A stretch of DNA of 64,000 nucleotides from a bacterium (GTDB lineage: Bacteria > Electryoneota > JAOADG01): the NCBI GenBank assembly GCA_963681965.1, contig OY820579.1, forward strand, positions 3,392,001 through 3,456,000, given 5' to 3'. This document shows positions 1-9,000 of the stretch, in pieces. The notes beneath the pieces were generated by a model. That model worked only from the letters and a program-made list of their open reading frames with translations. It made no database searches and was not told the origin of the DNA. A program made the position numbers and the translations under genes. The first letter of the stretch is position 1; each line of letters begins with the position of its first letter.

Positions 1-3000
1 ACATCTGCACTAAGTGCCACTCGTCCACAATACTCGATCGATCGGGTAATGACCGGTACGTTAACAATTGGTGCATCGGGTTGCGATTACACCACATTCA
101 CGGCAGCAATCGCCGATCTGCAAACATTCGGTGTCCAACCGGGTGGGGTGACCTTCCTCGTCAATCCGGGCAATTATCCCGAATTTGTTAATGTTACCCC
201 GTTCACCGGGATGGGTAGCGGGAATCCGGTTGTATTCCGTGCCAATGGTGGGACAGTCACGGTCAATCCCACTCCGACCAGCTCCAGTTTCAATGTCGCC
301 ATCAATTTGATTGGTTGTCAATACGTTACGTTCGACGGAATCAATGTGAACGATCCCAGCACAGGATCCTTCTTCCTTAACGATGGCTATCGCTTGACCA
401 ACCAGACCGCCACTCTAGGGGCACAACATAACACGATCAAGAATGCGACCATCCTGATGCGGAAAATTTCCACTAGTGCCGGAGTGGAACAGACTCCACT
501 CACGACACCGACTTCGGCTGAAGGGGCACAAAGCTATAACACCTATCTGAATCTGAAAATATCCAAAGTGTTGTGTGGATTGTATGCGATTGGGAACCCC
601 ACTTATCCCGACCTCAATACCGAGATCGGTAGCGATAGCGTAGGTCTCAACTACTCAAAACGTTTTACCATCGGCGCGATGCCCAACGACACAATTGGTA
701 GGTACGGTATTGTTTGCGCCGGGCAAATTGGATTAACTATTCACGATTGCGATATTTCTCGCATCCGTAACACCAGTAATACGATCTATGGGATCCAACT
801 CCAGCAAGCCAATTTACAATCGAACGAAAATTGTGTGATCAAAAACAATCGTATCTACGATTTGTTATTAACTTCCTCCGGAAACTTCTATAATGTGGTC
901 GGAATCTATCACGATGCGAACAATACCAATGCATCGGTCAAGTATATCAACAACATGATCTACGGTTTGCAGTCGACGACAACTGGTAATCAAAACACTC
1001 CGAACTACGCTGTTTACGGTATTTATTCGGCGCAGAAAGCTACTTTCAGCCACAATACGATCTGGCTCGATCAAGGTAGTGGTAACGCGTTGAATTGCAG
1101 TTCTACTTGTATCTACTTGTCATCTGGGAGCCAGAACGATACCATTCGAAATAATATTTTTGTGAATACAACTGCCAACCAGACTGGTAACCAAAGACAT
1201 AATGGTCTGACAATTAACTTTACCTCGACGACTTACCGATCGGATTACAATCTCATTTATGTCCCGATTACTGCCAGTGGTAATGCCGTTTATGATCTTT
1301 ATAATTCAATTGCCTACTCCACGCTTAGTGGATGGCAGGCAACCGGTAAGGATACTCATTCACTATCCGGCGATCCCCAGTTTATCAGTACTAGTACTCC
1401 TTACGATGTACACATTCTGCCATATTTAGCGGCATTGAGTTACCGCACCGGCACTCCGATCGCAGAAGTTACCACCGACATCGATGGTCATACGCGCAAT
1501 GCTGCGACACCCGATCTTGGTGCGGACGAATTTACCGCTCTTCCAGGTCTGACCGGTACGAAGACGATTGGTGCGACTGGTTGCGATTATCCGACATTCG
1601 CTGCTGCGATCACCGATCTAACGAATCGAACCGTTGGTGCTGGAGGGGTGACATTTAACGTCAGTTCCGGCAATTATCCGGAATTTGTGACCGTACCACG
1701 GATCTCTGGCATGGGGAGCGGTTCACCGGTCACGTTCCGTGCGAATGGCGGGACGGTAACAGTGAATCCGACGCCAACTGGCGCTGGCACCGAGGTGGGT
1801 ATCGCATTTCGTGGTTGCCAGTATGTGACTTTTGAAGGAATAAACGTTACCGATCCCAGCACGGGAAGTTATTGGCTGGGAGACGGGTATCGCGTCACCA
1901 ATTCATCGGCAACAACCGGTTCGCAGAATATCACGATTAAAAACGCCACGATCACTCTACGGAAAGATTTCCAGTCGTATGGTATTCGGCAGAACTGCTC
2001 CTTTACCCCAACCTCGAGTGCCGGGGCGCAAAGCAATAATCGCTATTTTAATCTGAAGATTTCTAAATGTTATTCTGGACTCTATCTCGATGCGAATAGC
2101 AGTTATCCCGATCTAAACACCGAAATTGGGAGCGACAGTGCCGGGTTGAATTATACGAACCGGTTCACAATCGGAGCTTTGGCGAACGATACGATCGCTT
2201 ATGCAGGGATCTATGCAAATTCGGTTAGTGGTTTATCGATCCATGATATCGATGTTCGGAATGTTACTTCTTTCAGTGGCACTCATGCATACGGTATCTA
2301 TCTAATCCATCCTGTGGCAAGTGGTACGGTAAGGGTATCGAATAACCGGATCAATAATATCGCTGCAATCGGTACGACTGCTTTTTTCCGACCGGTCGGG
2401 ATTTATCAGAACAACGATAATAATGCGCCGTGTTATTATTATAACAATTTCGTTTATTCGTTGTCTTCGATTGCTCCCTCGGCGCCTGTTACAGTCGATT
2501 TGATGATAACTGGATTTTATAGTTTGGGTGGTCGTTGCAACCTCGATAACAACACCTTCCTGATCGATCAGGGCAGTGGAAATAGTCTACAGTTTTGCTC
2601 GGCAGATATCTATCTCTATAATCAGGTGCAAGGTGCCGACACGCTCCGCAATAACGTGATCGCCAATATCACTGGAACGCAATCGGGAACAGTGTACCAT
2701 GTAGGTATCTACAATTCAGGGGTTACTTCGGTCTATTCCAACAATAATTGTTTTTACATTCCGAGCAGTGGTAATGGTTACATCGGCGATATCAGTGGTA
2801 CAAACTACGCTTCTTTGACCTCTTGGCGCACAGCCAGTGGTCAAGATGCAAATTCGACCGCTTCCGATCCTCGTTTTCTCGTTACAACATCCCCCTGCGA
2901 TCTTCATGTCCAGCCATATCTTACGTCTCCGATTAACGGTACTGGAACGGCAATTTCGTATGTCACAACCGATATCGACGGTGATCTCCGCAGCAGTACT

Positions 3001-6000
3001 ACCCCCGACATCGGTGCCGATGAATTTACACCTCTGCCCGGGCTTACAGGTACGAAGACAATCGGTGCTTCGGGATGCGATTACACGACTTTCAATGCCG
3101 CCATCACCGACCTGCAGAATCGAACCGTTGGATCTGGAGGCGTGACCTTCCTGGTAAGTCCGGGTATTTATTCCGAATTTGTGACCATCACTCCGATCAC
3201 TGGAATGGGAAGTGCAAATCCGGTAGTATTCCGTGCCAATGGGGGAACCGTCACGGTCAATCCGACCCCGACCACTGCCGGAACACAAATTGCCATCACC
3301 TTGAAAGGATGCCGGTACGTAACATTTGACGGCATTAACGTGATCGATCCCAGTACCGGATCCTTCTGGCTTGCCGATGCCTATCGCCTGACCAACCTCA
3401 CCACGACGCAAGGGGCGCAACACTGTACGATCAAGAATTCGACCATGGTGATGCGCAAGGATTTCAACAGCTCCGGAGTTGAACAGAGCGCTTCTTATAC
3501 TCCAGCCTCGGCGGAAGGGGCAGAGAGTTACAACACCTATCTGAATTTGAAGATCTCGAAAGTCGCATCCGGTATGTATATGATGGGATATAGCACTTAT
3601 CCGGATATCAATACCGAAATCGGCAGCGATAGCGTTGGTCTTACTTATTCGAAGCGGTTTACCGTCGGTGCCATGGCAAACGATACAATTACCTGGGTGG
3701 GGATATATTGCACATCCCAGATCGGATTAAATATCCACGATTGCGATATCACCCGGGTTCGCTACACTGCTGGCAATATCTACGGCATCCAGATCCTCCA
3801 GAATAATCTTACATCAAGCGCACTCAGTGTGGTAAAGAACAATCGCATCTACGATATGTTGTCAAGTACGTCTGGTACGTTTAATCTGGTATACGGTATC
3901 GATCACGAAGGGAACAATTCCAATCCTTCGGTGCGCTTCATCAACAATATGATTTATAATTTGCAGTCAACTACTACATCGTCAATGTACACCAGCACCA
4001 ATTCTGTGGTCGGTATTTATTCACAACAGTCGGCAGTTATCGACCACAATACGATCTGGATCGATCAGGGTAGCGATCATGCGTTGAATTGCAGTTCCTC
4101 AGCGATCACACTTTCCAACGGTAGTCAGAATGATACCCTTCGAAATAACATTATCATCAACACCACCGCCAATCAAACCAGCTCAGCCAAGCATCGCGGC
4201 ATTACTATTGGTGTGACTCTGACAAATTTTCTTGCCGATAACAATCTTTACTACGTCCCGAATGCAGCCAACGGAAGCTACGTCTATATCAGTTCTGGAG
4301 GTACGACCTATTCGACGCTCAGTGCGTGGCAGGCAACGGGTAGGGACGCGCACTCGGTTACGGGAGATCCCCGGTTTATCAGTCCCAGTGTACCTTATGA
4401 CCTCCACATTCAACCCTATCAGACGGTGCCAGGAAACAACGCCGGAACCACCTCACCGTATGCGACTACCGACATCGATGGAGATTTGCGCAACAGTACG
4501 ACACCGGATATCGGTGCCGACGAATTCACCGCACTGCCAACGATCACGGGAATCAAGACCATTGGCGCCGCGGGATGCGATTATCCGACCTTTTCCGCTG
4601 CCATTTCGGATATGATGAATCGTTCCGTCGGTACCGGCGGGGTCACGTTCAATGTGAGTTCAGGTACTTACAACGAACATCTGTTTATCAATCCGATTCC
4701 CGGTGTTTCAGCCACCAATCCGGTGATCTTCCAAAAAGCATCGGGAACGGTCGAAATCGCCTGCAGTGGGACTTCCGCTACATCTGGATCGAGTGACGTA
4801 ATCGTCTACCTCAACGGTTGCGATTATATCACATTCGATGGCATTAACGTTCGCGATGCCGGAACTAGTACATCCAACTACAATGAATTCGGTTATTACA
4901 TCCACAACTACAATTCAATCGATGGGGCGACCAATCTAGTTTTAAAGAATCTTTCGGTTTCGCTGAACCGCGCCGATTCCAATAGTATTGGCATTTATCA
5001 AGTGTGCGATACTCCCACCAATGCAACGGGTACCAATAGCAATAACCGTTATCTCAATCTGAAAATCTCCGACTGTCAGGTCGGTATCGAATTATTCAGT
5101 ACCAGTAGCTCTTATTGGGATAACGGCAATGAAATCGGGAGTTTATCGACTTCGCTCACCGACACCAGTCGCTTCACTATCGGCGCTACCGGAACCAATT
5201 CGATCGGTGGCGCTGCCGATGCTTGCGGAGTCAGTATCTGGCGGCAAGGCACTGTGAATATTCACGATTGCGATATCTCCAATATTTATTCAGAGTCGGG
5301 TAAAGCTTTCGGCATTTTAATGTCGGGATGCAGTGGTACCGGCGAGATTAAACGGAATCGGATTTTCAATATCTATTCAGCAAGCAATGCTGTAAATGGA
5401 ATGGATATTCTGTCAGGAAGCACCCTCACCACTAAAATCTATAGCAATTTCATCTACAATCTGAATGCAATATCCGGTCTTTCAGCAACGCAAAATACCT
5501 ACGGTATTATTGTTGAAACGGGAACGACCTACATCGATCATAACTCGATCCTGATGAATACGACCAATCCCAATGGTTGGGTTAGTTGCGTCCAGATTCT
5601 CTATTCGACAAATGCGACCTTCCACAACAACATCTTCTATAATAAGCCTGCGCAAGGTGCCGCATCGGTAAATTACACAATTGACTTCGATTATCGCGCG
5701 ACACTGGCTGCTTCCGATAACAATCTATTCTACGATGGCGGTTACGGTCTCTTTGCCTATTATGGTGTAAGTGGTGGCAATTGCGGATCACTGGCTAACT
5801 GGAGATCAAATACGGGCAATGATGCCAATTCCCGCTACGGCAACCCGTACTTCGTCGCCGATACGGGAGCGATCGATTTGCATGTCCAACCGTATCGTCC
5901 ACAGAATACGTCAAATTTCGGTACACCCGTTTCTTGGGTAACCACTGACATTGACGGCGATTCCCGAAATTTCTCAATACCGGATATTGGCGCGGATGAA

Positions 6001-9000
6001 TATGACTTGCAGACATTGACTCTGACCCGTCCGAATGGCGTTGAGATTTGCCATGTTGGGTCTGCCGATACGATTTTGTGGTCTTCGACCGCATTGTCCG
6101 GAAATGTGCAAATCCAACTGAATCGCAACTACCCCTCTGGTTCATGGGAAACGATTATTGCGAACACTGCCAACACCGGTAGCTACACATGGACGGTTAC
6201 CACTCCCGAAAGTCGAGTTGCGCGAATCCGGCTGTTATCGATCGCCAATCCGTTGATTGGTGATACCTCCGATGCCAATTTTACGGTCCGACAGGATAGT
6301 CTCAATATTTCTCGAGTTGGTCAATTCAACACTTCCGTTCATGCATATGAAACAGCCGTCTCAGGTAATTACCAATATGTTGCTACTTCGACTGCCGGTT
6401 TACGGGTAGTGAATATCGCTAATCCGGCAAGTCCGGTAGAGGTCGGTAGTTATACATCGAGTGGATTCCAGATTCAGAATCTGCAAGTGGTCGGCAACTA
6501 CGTTTATGCGACCGATTATTATTCCGGCTTGTATATTTTCAATATCAGCAATCCCACCAGCCCTCAGTTGGTCGGTACGCGCACGTTAGAACATCCCCGG
6601 GGTCTCGCGATTTCCGGTAACTACGCTTACATCGCAGATTACTCCAATTTGCGAATTATCAACATTTCGAATCCAGCCAATCCGACCCAAACGCAAACCT
6701 TTGCGATCCCTGGTCATGGTTTTGATATTGCGGTGCAAGGGAATTATGCATACGTAACGACCGGTGGTGGCGGACTACGAATCGTTGATATCAGTAATCC
6801 CTCGTTACCCAGTGGTGTGGGTTATTTCAATAGTACTCTTTCCAATGGTTCGATCTTAGGAATTGCAGTTGCCGGTAACCAAGCGTATATCACCGATTGT
6901 TCGGAAGACGAGAAATCTTTCCGGGTCATCAACATTAGCAACCCGGCAAGTCCACAACTCGTTACTTCGACCGAAATCGGAGTTAGCGGTACAAGTATTT
7001 ATCTGGCTCGAAATTACGCATATCTCTGTGGCGATTGGGGTTGCCGGGTCATCGACTTAAACGTTCCAACAACACTGACGACGACAGGTTTTTACAATGA
7101 GTTTACCGATGCCTACCAAGTTACGGGTAATGGTATATACGCTTACGTCAGCGATCTTACCGGTGTTCATATTCTAAATACTGCCCTCGCAAATCCATTG
7201 TTGTCGATTACTGCGCCGAACGGTTCCGAACAGTTTACGATTGGTTCGAATCGGAATGTAACTTGGAATGCTTATGGTTTTTCTTCGCCGGTTTCGATTT
7301 CATTAGATCGCAATTATCCATCCGGTAACTGGGAAACTATCCGCGCGAATACAGATAACACCGGTAGCTACGCTTGGACAGTCACAGGTTCCACCACGAC
7401 TACAACCGCCCGAATTCGCATTATTTCGGTCGATAATCCGTTAATCGGCGATACTAGCGACGTCAATTTTACAATCATGGGAACGTTGACGCTAACACGT
7501 CCCGTGAATATGGATTGGATGACCATCGGCAATGCCGATTCTATCTGCTGGACTTCCTCGGGTGTTTCAGGAAATATCATTATCGAATTGAACCGCAATT
7601 ACCCGAACGGTAGTTGGGACACAGTTTCACGGAGTACATCCAATATCGGCTCATTCAATTGGATTGTATCGGGACCTCCCACCGCACACGCTCGCGCGCG
7701 TATCTCGTCAGTTAATTTTCCCGCGGTGCGTGATAGCTCCCTGTGGTGGTCATTCATCATGCCGCCGTACAGCAGTTATCTGGTATGGCAATCACCACTG
7801 ACAGGAACTGCGACCGCGCGGATCGATGTAGGTACCGGCAGTAACATGTATGCCGCCAGTGTCGATCAGCATTTTTATTACTCCACTGACAATGGTGCTA
7901 ATTGGACGGCAGGATCGACAGTATTCGGTTCGACACCCAGTGCAGTGCATTACTTCAATGGATATATTTACGTTGCCACCACCGGCAGCGGTATCTATCG
8001 CTCCAACAATGGCGGCGTATCGTTCTCACAAATCAATATTGGTCTGACCGATCTCACTGTAAACGAATTGGCATACAACAACGGATACCTGTTCGCCGCT
8101 ACGCGAGGAGGTCTGAACCGTTCCACGAATGGCGGCACTACCTGGTTTACTTTGACGTCGGAAGCTGCTGCGACAGCAGCCTTATCGCCATATGATAATA
8201 AACTTTGGGTGGTCTCAGGAACGGGTAATACCGTCTACTATTCAACGAACAATGGGGTCTCTTGGACTACTGCCAACAGTGGAATCAATAGCGCCCCGGT
8301 CGTTTCGTTTGCCTTTACTCCGGTCGCGATTTATGCCGGTACCAGTGACGGTCGCATCTTCGTAACAACAAATGGCGGGACAAGTTGGACCCAGTCGTTG
8401 CAAGTGCCTGGTGCTGGGTTTTACAGCGGACTCGGCTTCAATAGTAATCGTATCTTCTTTGCCGATTGGCTTGGTGCAGGGGTATTTGGATCGGCGGATA
8501 ATGGTACCAATTGGACTGCTGCCGATAGCGGAATTGTTAGCATGCTGGTCTTTGGTCTAGCACGAAGCAACGATGGTTCGATGTTGGCAGCAACCTATGC
8601 CGGCATCCAAAAGACCAACCATGTTCAGGATTCGTATTTGACCTTATCCAACAACAACGGATCCGATCTGCTTCGCTACGGTGTCAACGATACGATCCGC
8701 TGGAGTGGGTTAGGCTTCACAGGAAATGTCAGTATTCAGTTAAACCGCAATTATCCCACTAGCACCTGGGACACCGTGGCAGCCAATGTTGCAAATACCG
8801 GTTCCTATATTTGGAATGTCAATGGTGCATCAACTACTACTGCGCGAATGCGGATCGCTTCGATATCTACTCCGACACTTGCCGATACCAGTGATGCGAA
8901 TCTTGCAATCGTACATCCGCAACTTACCGTCACGGCACCGAATAGTGTGATCATTCTGCAACGCGGTGGTATCGACACGATCCGCTGGACGGCTTCCGAG

